A stretch of DNA of 64,000 nt from an uncultured Pseudomonadales bacterium (GTDB lineage Bacteria > Patescibacteriota > Microgenomatia > UBA1400 > MFAQ01): positions 19,689 to 83,688 of the forward strand of contig CAZMCB010000001.1 of NCBI GenBank assembly GCA_964564895.1. Direction: 5' to 3'. Positions 38,929 through 49,514 of the stretch are shown here, one piece after another. The position numbers were made by a program, and so were the translations under genes. The notes beneath the pieces were generated by a model that saw nothing but the letters and a program-made list of their open reading frames with translations, did not search any database and was not told where the DNA came from. Positions within the stretch are counted from its first letter, which is position 1, and every line of letters starts with the position of its first letter.

Positions 38929-39796
38929 ATTTTTTGTTTACTAAAGACAGAACTTCGCTGTCTTTTTTTGTGAAATTTGTTTTTTGATGATTGGAAAATT
39001 TTCTAAAAAAAGCGGCGAGAATCACCTTTATGTAGCCGGGGTGTTTTAATGCATGTGCAAATAGATATTTTCTATGTGAGGAGACAAGATCTGGGTCAGT
39101 GATATTTATCCAGTTGAAGAGAAGTTCGTTTCTTTGTTTGATTAGACTGAGATAGCTAGGTTTTATTTTTTTGGCTGTGGATTCATGCTCGTGATACACA
39201 ACTGAGTCTTTGTCCCAGATGATTTTGTAGCCTGATTTCCAAGCTCGGTAACCAATATCTATGTCTTCCCAGTAAAAAGGAGCGTAAACCTCATTTAAAC
39301 CGCCAAGTTTGTCCCAAATACTTCTTTTGAAAATTGCACTTCCACCAGACGCCCAAGCGGAGAAGTAAGGATGATCTTTGTCTTCACCTCTTGTGAATTG
39401 AATCTTGCCATCGTGAGATACCAAAGGCCAAGAAGATTCATTCTCATTGAAAGACACAGCAAATACTTTCTCATCTTCAAAAAAGTGAAGAGTATTTTTT
39501 AGATAGCCTTTTTCTGGTCTAACGTCGTTGTTTAGAAGGACAATGTATTCTGAGTTGGACTTGGCTACTCCTTGATTGACTGGTTTGGTGAAACCAAGAT
39601 TGGTTTTGTTTTTGACGATTATTACTTCTGGATATTCTTTTTTGAGCCATTCAATCGTACCGTCTGTACTGCCATTGTCGATAATGATTACCTTATGTAG
39701 ATAATCTGAGTTATTGAATACCTGAGGTAAGTGCTTCTCTAGTAAGTACTTGCCGTTGAAGCTCGGGATTACAATATCGATTGTAGGTTTTGCCAT
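38915..39796 (-). CDS. GT2 family glycosyltransferase
   Basis: IDIVIPSFNGKYLLEKHL...IIIDNGSTDGT and LLNNDV are GT-A motifs. Confidence 0.75.
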   Translation of the reverse strand: MAKPTIDIVIPSFNGKYLLEKHLPQVFNNSDYLHKVIIIDNGSTDGTIEWLKKEYPEVIIVKNKTNLGFTKPVNQGVAKSNSEYIVLLNNDVRPEKGYLKNTLHFFEDEKVFAVSFNENESSWPLVSHDGKIQFTRGEDKDHPYFSAWASGGSAIFKRSIWDKLGGLNEVYAPFYWEDIDIGYRAWKSGYKIIWDKDSVVYHEHESTAKKIKPSYLSLIKQRNELLFNWINITDPDLVSSHRKYLFAHALKHPGYIKVILAAFFRKFSNHQKTNFTKKDSEVLSLVNKKYEGN

Positions 39797-39837
39797 CTGT
39801 TAAGAGTATACCAGCCACGGTGATAGAATTATAAATA

Positions 39838-42117
39838 GTGATTAGAAAGTTAATAAAATACTGGCCTTTTGTATTTATTGGTTTGGTTTGTTTGGTTTAT
39901 TTTTGGGAAGTATTTTTGAAGGGAATGGTACCTTTCCCCGGCGATATCTTGGTCGGAGCCTATTTCCCCTGGCTAGAAAGTAAATGGGGCACGGCAACCG
40001 GCGTTCCATTTAAGGCAAATCCATCTACTCCTGACGTTTATTCTACGTTTTATCTGTGGAAAAGTTTGGCCGCCGAAAGCATTAGAAATCTCCAATGGCC
40101 ACTTTGGAACCCCTACTCATATTCTGGTTATCCCCTATTGGCTAACTTTCATTCTGGTGCTTTGTATCTTGGAAATTTATTGATGGTAGTGCTTGGAGAT
40201 ATTAATGGATGGTCGGCCTTGATTATTTTTGGAGTAGTAGGGTCTTTTACATCCATGTATCTGATGCTTAGGCAGTTAAAGATGACGACACTTGCGGCTT
40301 TGCTTGGTGGCTTTGCTTATGCCTTTTCTGGATTCTCAATTAGCTGGTCTCAGTTTATAAACGCTCCTCAGGCAATGGTTTGGCTACCTTTGTTAATAAT
40401 GTGTATTGATAAATATTTTGAGGACAATAAATTAAAACACTTATTCTGGCTGCCATTTTTGTTTTTCTTGTTTATAACTGCAGGACATTTCCAGATTACT
40501 GTCTACGGCTCGGCGATTTTATTGTTGTTTGTATTATGGAAAGCGGCTTCGAAAAAAAATATCAGCAAGACTTTTATATTTATTCCGATATTACTGATTA
40601 CTATTGGATTTTCAGCTATGCAGATTCTTCCAACAATGGAAATGGCTAAACAAGGAATCCGCTCGAATGATCGTGTTTTGGAAGACCGAAATTATGGACT
40701 TTCCCCAATGCGAAATTTAATAAACCTTTTTGCACCTGACTTTTTTGGAAACCCAGTTAAAGCAAATTTTTGGGGATTTTTTAATTATCATGAAACTATC
40801 TTTTATGCTGGACTTCTGACGACTTTAGTAATGATCTGGGCTTTGTTTCTTTGGAAAAAGATTTCTGCAACGACAAAGTTTTTTTGGATTATCGCTATTG
40901 TGGCACTGCTGTTTGGTTTTGATACCCCATTTGGTAGAGCGATTTATTTATGGAAAGTTCCGGGGTTATCTACGAGTGATGCGGGAAGAATAGCTTCTGT
41001 GTTTGTACTGGGGAGTAGCGTGGTCCTTGCTGGAGTAGTTGACAATTTGGAAAAATGCTCCAAAAAAGCAATTGTTTCTTTCTTGGTATTGAGCGCAGTA
41101 ATTTTTGGAAGTTTATTTATACTAGCGGACAAGAGTCAGGTGTTGTGGGGCAAGTTCTCGACTGGAATCTTGACTGAGGAAATAAAAAGAATGGTGGCAT
41201 TGAGAAACTTGGTTTTCCCCGCCGGTCTTTTTGCTCTGATCATTGGCTCGGTAGTACTTTTGAGAAATAGAAGGGTACTTTTTGTAAGTAGTTTGATTGC
41301 GATCATGATTTTGGATATGTTTAGATTTGGATGGAAATACACTCCGTTTGTTCCAAAACTTTATGTGTATCCTGATACCCCAATGACACTTTTCCTTAAA
41401 GAAAAAAATTCCGAGGAAATAATGAGAATAGATCGTGAAAAAGCTGAGATAATGCCAAATGCGACGTGGATGGCATATAGACTAATGAGCCCATCGGGAT
41501 ATGACCCAATGGCACTTCGAGATTATGTTTCGGAGTTTAATGGAATTTTGAATCACAAACCAAATTCGAGTCTTTCTCGATACTCAGAAATTGAACAGTA
41601 TGACGCGGAGGCTTTGGGAAAATTCAATGTGAAGTACTTACTGGCAGTGAAAAAAGAAAAGGATGAAGGATCTTTGGAAAAATATATCAATCCATTAATT
41701 GATCTGAAAAAATGGAAGAGTGTATTTGAGTCTAGCTCTTCTGCTGTACTTGAAAATACTGAGTATAAGGAAAGAGCAAGAATTGTGGATGCTAATGGTG
41801 AAGAGGCTATCGGAAAGGCTACGATAAAAGAGTATCAAAATGAAAGAGTCGTAATTGACTTTAGTAACGAGACTGGAGAAAAACTGCTTCTTTCGGATAC
41901 TTATTACTCTGGATGGAAGGCTACTATTAATGGTAGACAGACAAAAATTGGGAATGAGATAAAACCATTTAGATCTGTTGATATTAGAGGAATAAGTGAG
42001 GGTGAAGTATTGTTTGAATATAAACCAGATTCGTTTAGAATTGGATTATGGATAAGTATCTTAAGTGTTATTACTTGGATAGGTTTGTTTGTATTTAAAA
42101 AAAGAGATGAAAAATAA
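39838..42117 (+). CDS. YfhO-family polytopic membrane protein (putative GT-C glycosyltransferase)
   Basis: GMVPFPGDILVGAYFPW...LQWPLWNPYSYSGYPLLANF resembles the YfhO N-terminal pattern (G..PFGGD...QYYP....LWNP..G.P). 759 aa. Confidence 0.55.
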   Translation: MIRKLIKYWPFVFIGLVCLVYFWEVFLKGMVPFPGDILVGAYFPWLESKWGTATGVPFKANPSTPDVYSTFYLWKSLAAESIRNLQWPLWNPYSYSGYPLLANFHSGALYLGNLLMVVLGDINGWSALIIFGVVGSFTSMYLMLRQLKMTTLAALLGGFAYAFSGFSISWSQFINAPQAMVWLPLLIMCIDKYFEDNKLKHLFWLPFLFFLFITAGHFQITVYGSAILLLFVLWKAASKKNISKTFIFIPILLITIGFSAMQILPTMEMAKQGIRSNDRVLEDRNYGLSPMRNLINLFAPDFFGNPVKANFWGFFNYHETIFYAGLLTTLVMIWALFLWKKISATTKFFWIIAIVALLFGFDTPFGRAIYLWKVPGLSTSDAGRIASVFVLGSSVVLAGVVDNLEKCSKKAIVSFLVLSAVIFGSLFILADKSQVLWGKFSTGILTEEIKRMVALRNLVFPAGLFALIIGSVVLLRNRRVLFVSSLIAIMILDMFRFGWKYTPFVPKLYVYPDTPMTLFLKEKNSEEIMRIDREKAEIMPNATWMAYRLMSPSGYDPMALRDYVSEFNGILNHKPNSSLSRYSEIEQYDAEALGKFNVKYLLAVKKEKDEGSLEKYINPLIDLKKWKSVFESSSSAVLENTEYKERARIVDANGEEAIGKATIKEYQNERVVIDFSNETGEKLLLSDTYYSGWKATINGRQTKIGNEIKPFRSVDIRGISEGEVLFEYKPDSFRIGLWISILSVITWIGLFVFKKRDEK

Positions 42118-43429
42118 ATATCTAAATATATTTCTGATTGGGCTGATTTTGGTTTTTGGACTATGGCTTAGAACTTACAACCTAGGAAACAGATATACCT
42201 TTGAATGGGACCAAGACGATGATGCAGTGAAGGTAATGAAGATACTTGAGGGACAACCAACTTTGATTGGCCCTAGAGTAGCAGGACCAGACAGTTTTTT
42301 TGTAGCTCCTTGGCATTATTATTTCCTTGCTCCTTTTTATGCTGTGGGTGGAGGGGATCCAATTTCTGGTGCTTGGGCTAGTGTACTTGTGGGTGTGGTA
42401 ACGGTGTTGGCATATTATTTCGTGGGGTCACGACTATGGGGAAGGAAGGAAGGGCTTATAGCGGCCTGGGCTGGAGCCGCGGCGTACTCTATCGTTAGTT
42501 GGAATGTGATGTATACACCTTTGCTTTCGATAATAGTGTTTTTCTTGGGAAATAGATTGCTTGAAGGGAAAAAATATTTTTGGCTCGCAATTGCTTTGGC
42601 TATCTTTGCAGGAACAACACATTTGGTGCCTGCGACTCTTTTAATTATGATTTTAGCAATTTACTTTTTGATCAAAAAAAAGCCACCGGTCAAGAATATT
42701 GTTTTGGGATTTTTGATTGGTATGATTTGGCTGGTACCTTTGATTCTTTTTGATCTACGACACGATTTCTTAATATTTAATAAAGTAATTCTCTTTTTCA
42801 CAGCTAAAGGTGAGTATCACGAAGGAGTATTTAACCTTTTGGCGTGGAGAGCCTTTTACCGAGGATTTACATTGATGGGTGGAGATGGATCAAACAGTTT
42901 TTGGTATATCTTTGAAAGGGTCTTTTTGGCAGCAACTGTAATTTTAGGAATTGTGATGACAAAAGAAAAACAAAAGAAAATTTGGTATTCGCTGTGGTTT
43001 ATTTTCCCCGCTATCGTTTTGCTCTTTTATTGGAAAAATATTCCAGAGTATTATTTTGGAGTCCCTTTTGCCCTTCTTCCACTTTTCTTAGCTATTTTGT
43101 CTAGAAAATTTAAGACAGTGATTATTGCTTTTCTGATTGTTGGCTCAGCAATTCAGATAAATAGAGTATTGAACCATGAAGCTTGGGTAAGTATTAATGA
43201 CAAAAAAGAGGTTGTTTTCTTTATGAGTGAGTATACAAAAGACAAACGTTTTAATTTCTCCTATGATGTTCCTTTTGGAGAAGAGATTGGGTATCCATAT
43301 CTCTTTAAATGGATGAAGCATGAACCGGAAAATATACCTGAGGCCAAGCTATATACTCTTAGCCGAAAACCAACTGCAACAGAAAATGTAATTTATTCTA
43401 AAAAAGGACTTAGCATCATTCAAAGATAA
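42089..43429 (+). CDS. Polytopic membrane protein, PMT_2/ArnT-like GT-C
   Basis: 446 aa. FEWDQDDDAV is an acidic first loop. Polytopic. The alternative start at 42107 would reduce the overlap with the upstream gene. Confidence 0.5.
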   Translation: MYLKKEMKNKYLNIFLIGLILVFGLWLRTYNLGNRYTFEWDQDDDAVKVMKILEGQPTLIGPRVAGPDSFFVAPWHYYFLAPFYAVGGGDPISGAWASVLVGVVTVLAYYFVGSRLWGRKEGLIAAWAGAAAYSIVSWNVMYTPLLSIIVFFLGNRLLEGKKYFWLAIALAIFAGTTHLVPATLLIMILAIYFLIKKKPPVKNIVLGFLIGMIWLVPLILFDLRHDFLIFNKVILFFTAKGEYHEGVFNLLAWRAFYRGFTLMGGDGSNSFWYIFERVFLAATVILGIVMTKEKQKKIWYSLWFIFPAIVLLFYWKNIPEYYFGVPFALLPLFLAILSRKFKTVIIAFLIVGSAIQINRVLNHEAWVSINDKKEVVFFMSEYTKDKRFNFSYDVPFGEEIGYPYLFKWMKHEPENIPEAKLYTLSRKPTATENVIYSKKGLSIIQR

Positions 43430-45310
43430 ATGAAAAAAATACTATTAATCGCAGCCGCTCTTTTCTTTTTCATTGCTCCTCTCACTTATCATCCAGATAA
43501 TAAAGCGGTTTTGTTTTGGGCCTCTCAAGATAATGGCAAGGTGTGGAATATTTGGGAGTATGGTGAAAAAAACTTGAAGCCCGACCAACAGTTTAACTAT
43601 CCCCCTCTTCATTTTTATTTGGATAAATTGCAGTACGCTATTTCAAAACCCTTGGGCGGTGAAGGTTATGTAGAGTGGCTTGGTTCATCCAACAAAGAGG
43701 ATTTCTTTAACCCTTTGTTGGCTCGCTATATGATGGCAACAAAATTTCCTTTGATACTTTTTGCTTTGGTTGCAGGATACCTAATCTATCTACTTGCTAA
43801 ACATTTTGGTTTGAGTGAGAAACGATCAAGAGTGGCTGCTGCAATTTGGTTTTTTAACCCTATCACCTTATACAGTATCCCGATAATGGGACAAAACGAT
43901 GTTATGGCCATTGTGTTTTTTCTTGCTGGCTGGCTTTTGCTTTCAAGGAAACCTGTTATTGCAGCAGTGATATTTGGTTTGGCATCATCAATAAAAACAT
44001 ACCCTCTGATTTGGCTCGCGTTTTTGTTGCCGGCTACAAAAAACATATCTCGGAAACAAAAGGTGGGAGTGTTTTTGCTTAGTGTTTTTGTTTATGTTAT
44101 GACGCTGGTTCCTTTTTTACACAATTCCACTTTCTTAAGCGCTGGCTCAAATTCAGAGATAAATAATAGATTTTTGATTCCTCAGATTAGTATTGGATTC
44201 GATCAAGCAATTTATGTAATCCCTTTACTATTGTCTGTTGTTTTCTTTGCAATAAATTCTTCTCCTGCAGCCATACTTCTAACCGCCAATCTTATACTTT
44301 TGGGGTTCTCTCATTTTCATCCGCAATGGTATACGTGGACGATTCCATTTTTCGCACTATGGATAGTGTCTTGTAAAAATAGAGACAACATTCTTGCGGC
44401 AATTCTTTTATCTATCGTGACAATCGGCTCTTGGATGGCTGTAGTGTTTCTGTTTGCAGATAAATGGCTTACTGTGGGGATTTTGTCTGTTGCCAATCCT
44501 TCTTTGGGAAATTTACCTGTTTTACGCGAGTTTCTATTAGCACGCGGCTTTGATGTAAATTTATATAATAATTTGGCTCAGACCGCTTTGGCTGCTGTTG
44601 GATTGATTTCTTTGATAGCATTGCTATCAAGAAAATTTTCTGACGAGAAAGCTGAGTTTTCATTGAAGTTTATTGATCGTTTGGGGAAATGGTGGAGTGA
44701 AGTTCCTCGAGTATTAAGAATATTTTTATCTTTATTACTTGCTGGTGGATTGATGATAATCTGGATTGGTCTGACACAACTAATTCCAGCACCATCTTCG
44801 ACGAAACCAATTACAAAAAATAACTACCTAGAAATTAATAATAAATTAATTGGAAGTATAGAAACGAAACAAAATAATTTTTATCGATTTGATTTGGCTT
44901 TTAGCAATCCAAAACAAAGAAATGTCGGGAAATACCTTGTATCTCTTTATGAAAATGGAAACAGCCTACATAAACAAATAATTTCTGGAATGAACATTGG
45001 TGAGGACACAGTAATTCGTTTTGATTTGGCGGATGTTCAAGAAAATTCTAACAATCGCACCTATGAAGTTGTTGTTGAGGCTATTGAGGGCACAAAGAGT
45101 GCTTCTTCATCAAGAAATGAAGCAGGATATATATCCGCGAGTGTTATTGAGCCAAATACTCAAAATTCTTTGGAAGTACAAGAGTTTTTTAAACCCTCTC
45201 AAAATTTAAATAATATATTTGAGAAAACAGTAGCTGTTGTCCAAAATATTTTCAGCCAAGTTCCTTGGTACTACGTACTGATCGTTGGTCTAATCTGTCT
45301 TGGAGTTTAA
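43430..45310 (+). CDS. Polytopic membrane protein (DUF2029-like) with a C-terminal extracytoplasmic domain
   Basis: 626 aa. The N-terminal ~450 aa are polytopic, with FNPITLYSIPIMGQNDV. The C-terminal ~170 aa are hydrophilic. Confidence 0.45.
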   Translation: MKKILLIAAALFFFIAPLTYHPDNKAVLFWASQDNGKVWNIWEYGEKNLKPDQQFNYPPLHFYLDKLQYAISKPLGGEGYVEWLGSSNKEDFFNPLLARYMMATKFPLILFALVAGYLIYLLAKHFGLSEKRSRVAAAIWFFNPITLYSIPIMGQNDVMAIVFFLAGWLLLSRKPVIAAVIFGLASSIKTYPLIWLAFLLPATKNISRKQKVGVFLLSVFVYVMTLVPFLHNSTFLSAGSNSEINNRFLIPQISIGFDQAIYVIPLLLSVVFFAINSSPAAILLTANLILLGFSHFHPQWYTWTIPFFALWIVSCKNRDNILAAILLSIVTIGSWMAVVFLFADKWLTVGILSVANPSLGNLPVLREFLLARGFDVNLYNNLAQTALAAVGLISLIALLSRKFSDEKAEFSLKFIDRLGKWWSEVPRVLRIFLSLLLAGGLMIIWIGLTQLIPAPSSTKPITKNNYLEINNKLIGSIETKQNNFYRFDLAFSNPKQRNVGKYLVSLYENGNSLHKQIISGMNIGEDTVIRFDLADVQENSNNRTYEVVVEAIEGTKSASSSRNEAGYISASVIEPNTQNSLEVQEFFKPSQNLNNIFEKTVAVVQNIFSQVPWYYVLIVGLICLGV

Positions 45311-46371
45311 ATAAGAGACTTAATCTTTTTTGAGAATTGATCTGTAGAGAAACTCTCAGATCTTTCACTAAGATTTGAGAAAATAGTCGCAAGTTTTTTG
45401 GGGTTGTTGATTAGAACACTAGTTTCTTTGGCCATTTCTTCTGGAGTATTGCAAAGAACACCAGTGTCAGGGGTTATTATTTCTTTTTGGCCACCTTTGG
45501 CAATAACAACTGGTATACACCCGGCCGACATTGCTTCGACTGTGGTCATACCAAAGTGCTCGACTTTTTCGGGGTCTGTTTCTTCGTCTATTTCAAACCC
45601 TGCGGCGTGCCAAAAAAACTTAGACTTGGCATAGAGAGATTTTAATTTATCAAAGTCAGGATTTACTAAAAATTTGATTGATAGAGAGCCGGCTTGTTTT
45701 TTGAGAAGCGCTAGAGTGTCCGAGGTGTTGTTGCTTCCTCCCGCTAGAAATAGCTCGTAATCGGGATTAGTTTTGTTTAGGATACTGAATGCTTTGATCA
45801 GTACATCTTGGCGCTTTGAGTGACTGGGAGAATCAAATCTGGCAACAGAGAGAATGATGTTTTCTTTTGTACCTTTTTGGAAACTTGCGGTATCAATAGG
45901 AGGATAAAGCACAAAACTTTTTGTTTTGGGGAGGTGCTTTTCGTGTACAGCAGCAGTGAAACGTGAGTTGTAGACAAATTTGTTGACGAATAAAGTTTTG
46001 ATGGCATTAGTGAATGAACCACCTCCTAGTGTTTTGAAGGGAACTTGAAAATGAACTAAATTGTTTCGAGAAAAAAGGAAAGGCAAACTACCATCGCTTA
46101 CCCAAAATATTAATCCATAGCGCATAGTAAAAAACAGTTTTTTGAAGAAGGAAGTTTTTTGAGTAAAAATATCAAAGGCTTTTTTGTTTAGCTTTAAACC
46201 TTCTAAGTTTAGACCGAATCTCTCTTCTGCTTTTTTTAGAGTGTCTGAGTCTTTCCATGCAATCTCTACTCGGAATCCTAAATTAATTAACTGAGCTGCA
46301 AACGTAAGAGAATAGCGCTCTCCTCCGCCAAGAGTGTCTAAATATGGATCGAAAATTATGGCTTTTTTCAT
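45307..46371 (-). CDS. GT4 family glycosyltransferase
   Basis: EHFGMTTVEAMSAGCIPVV is an EX7E motif. Start taken at MKKAIIFDPYLDTLGGGE (46371), a classic GT4 N-terminus. The ORF-track start at 46410 overlaps the upstream gene. Confidence 0.75.
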   Translation of the reverse strand: MKKAIIFDPYLDTLGGGERYSLTFAAQLINLGFRVEIAWKDSDTLKKAEERFGLNLEGLKLNKKAFDIFTQKTSFFKKLFFTMRYGLIFWVSDGSLPFLFSRNNLVHFQVPFKTLGGGSFTNAIKTLFVNKFVYNSRFTAAVHEKHLPKTKSFVLYPPIDTASFQKGTKENIILSVARFDSPSHSKRQDVLIKAFSILNKTNPDYELFLAGGSNNTSDTLALLKKQAGSLSIKFLVNPDFDKLKSLYAKSKFFWHAAGFEIDEETDPEKVEHFGMTTVEAMSAGCIPVVIAKGGQKEIITPDTGVLCNTPEEMAKETSVLINNPKKLATIFSNLSERSESFSTDQFSKKIKSLI

Positions 46372-46372
46372 T

Positions 46373-47818
46373 TTATTTTTCAAATCGATAAAGATATAAG
46401 GGGTATTCACTAACCCTCCACATATTGGTTATTGTACTGCCTTTGAATGACTCTATCTCCCATGCTTGGTCGTTTCTAAGGACCTCTGGGTCTTCGGTTG
46501 CAGAAACTACATACAAGACCTCACTTTGAGGGAATTTATCAAAGGGGTATAGAGTCATGCCATTTATAAGAGCCATGTCACGAAAACGTTGACCATAGAG
46601 ATTAGAGTCTGGACTAGCTAGTGCAGCTACGTTGGTCTTGGGATTTTGTTCTAATATAATATGTTTTGTGACGTTTCTAACCGCCTCTATGTCTCCTTGC
46701 CATGTGTAGCTTTTGAGAAGATTTACGGCGCTATTTAGGCTAATGACTAGTAGTATTCCAAGTATTATTTTGCCGTAGATATTTTTATAAAGGGAGAAGA
46801 AACGCAGAAAGAATAATATCGCTAGAGGCACTTGAGCATACTGATAATGGGGATAAGTAACAGTAACAAAACCAAAGAAAATAAAGGAGACAAGAAGTGA
46901 GAGGAAGGAGTAACTTAGATATTTGTCTTTTCTGTGGACCAAGAATATCCCGACGAAAATTAAAAAGAAAATTATGGTGACAAAAAGATTATTTGGAACG
47001 AAGTAATTTGAAAAGACAACTAAAGAGTTCCAGAGCCTCTCAAAAAAGCCAGCAAAAGAAAGAGACATAAATGATTTTTCATTGGCTGAAAGGAAGGCCG
47101 TAGAGTTAAAGAAAAAATGATTCTTCATCTCGAATAATACAAAGGGGATGATGGCGAAAGAGAAACCGAGTAGTGTGAGGAAGATTTTTTTGATGGCTCC
47201 TTTGGTTCCTTTGTAAAGAAGTGGAAGAAAAATAATAATCGGTAATACCACGATTGCCGCTAAATAATGATGATAAAGAGCAGCACCTAGTGATAGACCT
47301 CCAAGAAAAACGAGAATCGGATTTTTAAACGATAGTGAGAAAACAAAAACACTTAACCAAAAGATAATGGGGTTTGGATTCCAAGCCCATCTGGAGGCAA
47401 CCATGACTGGCGAAAGGCTAGCAATTAGCAAAGATAGAAACAATGCTTTTTTGGTTTTTCCAAATGTTTTTACTATCACAATTGTTAGAAGTAACCAACC
47501 AAGTACACCATAGAACGCGGCCATGTAGGCAGGCCCTAAGGGATCAAAATTTGTAAGAACTGTAGCGGGCATGTACATGTAGTAACTTAGCGATGGGAAC
47601 ATTTCCAGTCTGTCTTCGGAAATAGGACCAACAAAAGTAATTTGTTTGAGATCCCAGATACGATGCATATCAACTAGAGCTCTGGACTCATCCCAGATAA
47701 AACGAGAGTTTTTTTCGAGATTGTAGGTATAAAGAAAAACAACTAAAAAACCTAAAACAAAAAAGAGCCAGTATTTTTTTATAAAGGAAATTATTTTGTT
47801 CATTTTTCTTTTTGCCAT
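46373..47818 (-). CDS. Polytopic membrane protein, PMT_2/ArnT-like GT-C
   Basis: 481 aa. IWDESRALVDM is an acidic first loop. About 12 TM helices. Confidence 0.5.
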   Translation of the reverse strand: MAKRKMNKIISFIKKYWLFFVLGFLVVFLYTYNLEKNSRFIWDESRALVDMHRIWDLKQITFVGPISEDRLEMFPSLSYYMYMPATVLTNFDPLGPAYMAAFYGVLGWLLLTIVIVKTFGKTKKALFLSLLIASLSPVMVASRWAWNPNPIIFWLSVFVFSLSFKNPILVFLGGLSLGAALYHHYLAAIVVLPIIIFLPLLYKGTKGAIKKIFLTLLGFSFAIIPFVLFEMKNHFFFNSTAFLSANEKSFMSLSFAGFFERLWNSLVVFSNYFVPNNLFVTIIFFLIFVGIFLVHRKDKYLSYSFLSLLVSFIFFGFVTVTYPHYQYAQVPLAILFFLRFFSLYKNIYGKIILGILLVISLNSAVNLLKSYTWQGDIEAVRNVTKHIILEQNPKTNVAALASPDSNLYGQRFRDMALINGMTLYPFDKFPQSEVLYVVSATEDPEVLRNDQAWEIESFKGSTITNMWRVSEYPLYLYRFEK

Positions 47819-48621
47819 TCCTCTAGCAGATCTTGATCAACTTTTTTGTATGTATCAGATAGCGATGGTTTTCTCTGAGCTTCCCAAAGACGCTCGTAGG
47901 TCAAGAACTTACTGAACATCTGGTAGATAATCTCTATCCAGCCTTCGGTACCATCTCGCCATAGCCCCTGCTTTACTGCACGATACCAAAACTCGGTGAG
48001 CATAATGCGGATAAAGCGCCAACCTTTCATGGGAGGATGACCAGCATCAAGAAGCATCTGGGCTTCCATCTTTGACCACTTCATCGTATTAGGTACTTTT
48101 TCATCGATGTTTTTGTGGGAAAGATGAACCATCTGATGACGCAGATCACCTATGGGACCCACGATCTTAGGCTGCTCATGAAGCTTACCTTCCCAGCGCT
48201 TAAGGGCGGTCTTTTTCATGAGACGCAGGACTCTCGGATCTCCCCAGTGATTAAGGTGTTTGCCTAAAAATATTTCGTAGCGACTAATGGTGTAGGCCTG
48301 GAACTGTGGTTCTTCTATTGTGGCCATTATTTCCCTCGCGAGCTTAACAGGAATGCGTTCATCCGAGTCGAGGTATAGCAACCATTCTCCTTTGGCTTCT
48401 TTGGCACCGCTATTGCGCCATTTGGAAAAACTATCCCCCGTTTCATGAACAACTTTGGCACCTAATTTGAGACAAATATCGACTGTGTTGTCTGTGGAGC
48501 CAGTATCGACGACAATGACCTCTGAGACGAACTGTGAGGTCTTGATCGCTGGTATTATTTCGTCTGCAACATTTTTGGCAAGGATAATGATGGATAGTTT
48601 TTTCATATTTTTTTGATCCAC
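47800..48621 (-). CDS. GT2 family glycosyltransferase
   Basis: LSIIILAKNVADEIIPAIKTS...VIVVDTGSTDNT and LDSDE are GT-A motifs. Confidence 0.75.
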   Translation of the reverse strand: MDQKNMKKLSIIILAKNVADEIIPAIKTSQFVSEVIVVDTGSTDNTVDICLKLGAKVVHETGDSFSKWRNSGAKEAKGEWLLYLDSDERIPVKLAREIMATIEEPQFQAYTISRYEIFLGKHLNHWGDPRVLRLMKKTALKRWEGKLHEQPKIVGPIGDLRHQMVHLSHKNIDEKVPNTMKWSKMEAQMLLDAGHPPMKGWRFIRIMLTEFWYRAVKQGLWRDGTEGWIEIIYQMFSKFLTYERLWEAQRKPSLSDTYKKVDQDLLEEWQKEK

Positions 48622-49514
48622 GATCCGCCACCTAAGTTTCTTGAAAAAAAGTCTCGGACGGCTTGTTTCTGGGCTTTGGTTCCAATAAATAATTTCTTGA
48701 TTGCTTCTCTTATGAGCGCAAACTTGGTTCTGGGTTTAGCGTAGTCCATGCCAAAGAGAAGGCGATTTCTGGTTAGGAAATAATCGTTTAAAGGCGAGCC
48801 AATACCAGAGCTTTGGGCCACCTTGTGCCATAGCTTGATCTCGGAATCGATGATTAACTTGTAGCCGGCTTTCTTAATACGCATACCCAGATCGGAGTCT
48901 TCGAAGTATAAACAGTATCGCTCGTCAAAAAGACCCACCTTCCTTAAGATATCGGCTTTGGTGATAAATAAACAACCAGTAATAAAATCGGTTTCTCTCT
49001 GACCATCGAACTGACCTTTGTCTACTTCATTTACCCCAATGTGCTTGGCATAGATATTGTCCCAGTCGTACTCCCCTCCTGCATACCAGATGACTTTTCC
49101 TAACTCGTCTTTTTTGTACTTGTCTTCGAACTCAAAGCCTTTGGCAAAATAGATCAAACCACCCACAACTCCCGTCGAGTCATCAGAGATGGGTGAGGCT
49201 AATATCTTTAGTATTAAGTCTTCGGGAACGACTGTGTCGTTGTTTATGAGAACAATGATGTCTACACCATCAGCCAATGCTTTTTTGAAACCTAGATTGT
49301 TTCCTGCAGCAAAGCCTACATTTCCTGGGCTTTCGACGTAAACTGCTTGAGGATATTTTTCTAGTTTTTCTTTGAGCTCATCTGATCTGTCATTATCTAC
49401 AACGTAGACTGTAGAGGTGACCCCTAAAGGAAGAGTGTTTTTCTCGAGCTGCTTAACTACTTCCAAGGTATCTTCTATGCTATGGAAACTGACAGTGATA
49501 AAGCCTATTTTCAT
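48603..49514 (-). CDS. GT2 family glycosyltransferase (WbbL/rhamnosyltransferase-like architecture)
   Basis: FITVSFHS...VVDNDRSDE and LINNDTVV are GT-A motifs. 303 aa. Confidence 0.7.
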   Translation of the reverse strand: MKIGFITVSFHSIEDTLEVVKQLEKNTLPLGVTSTVYVVDNDRSDELKEKLEKYPQAVYVESPGNVGFAAGNNLGFKKALADGVDIIVLINNDTVVPEDLILKILASPISDDSTGVVGGLIYFAKGFEFEDKYKKDELGKVIWYAGGEYDWDNIYAKHIGVNEVDKGQFDGQRETDFITGCLFITKADILRKVGLFDERYCLYFEDSDLGMRIKKAGYKLIIDSEIKLWHKVAQSSGIGSPLNDYFLTRNRLLFGMDYAKPRTKFALIREAIKKLFIGTKAQKQAVRDFFSRNLGGGSWIKKI

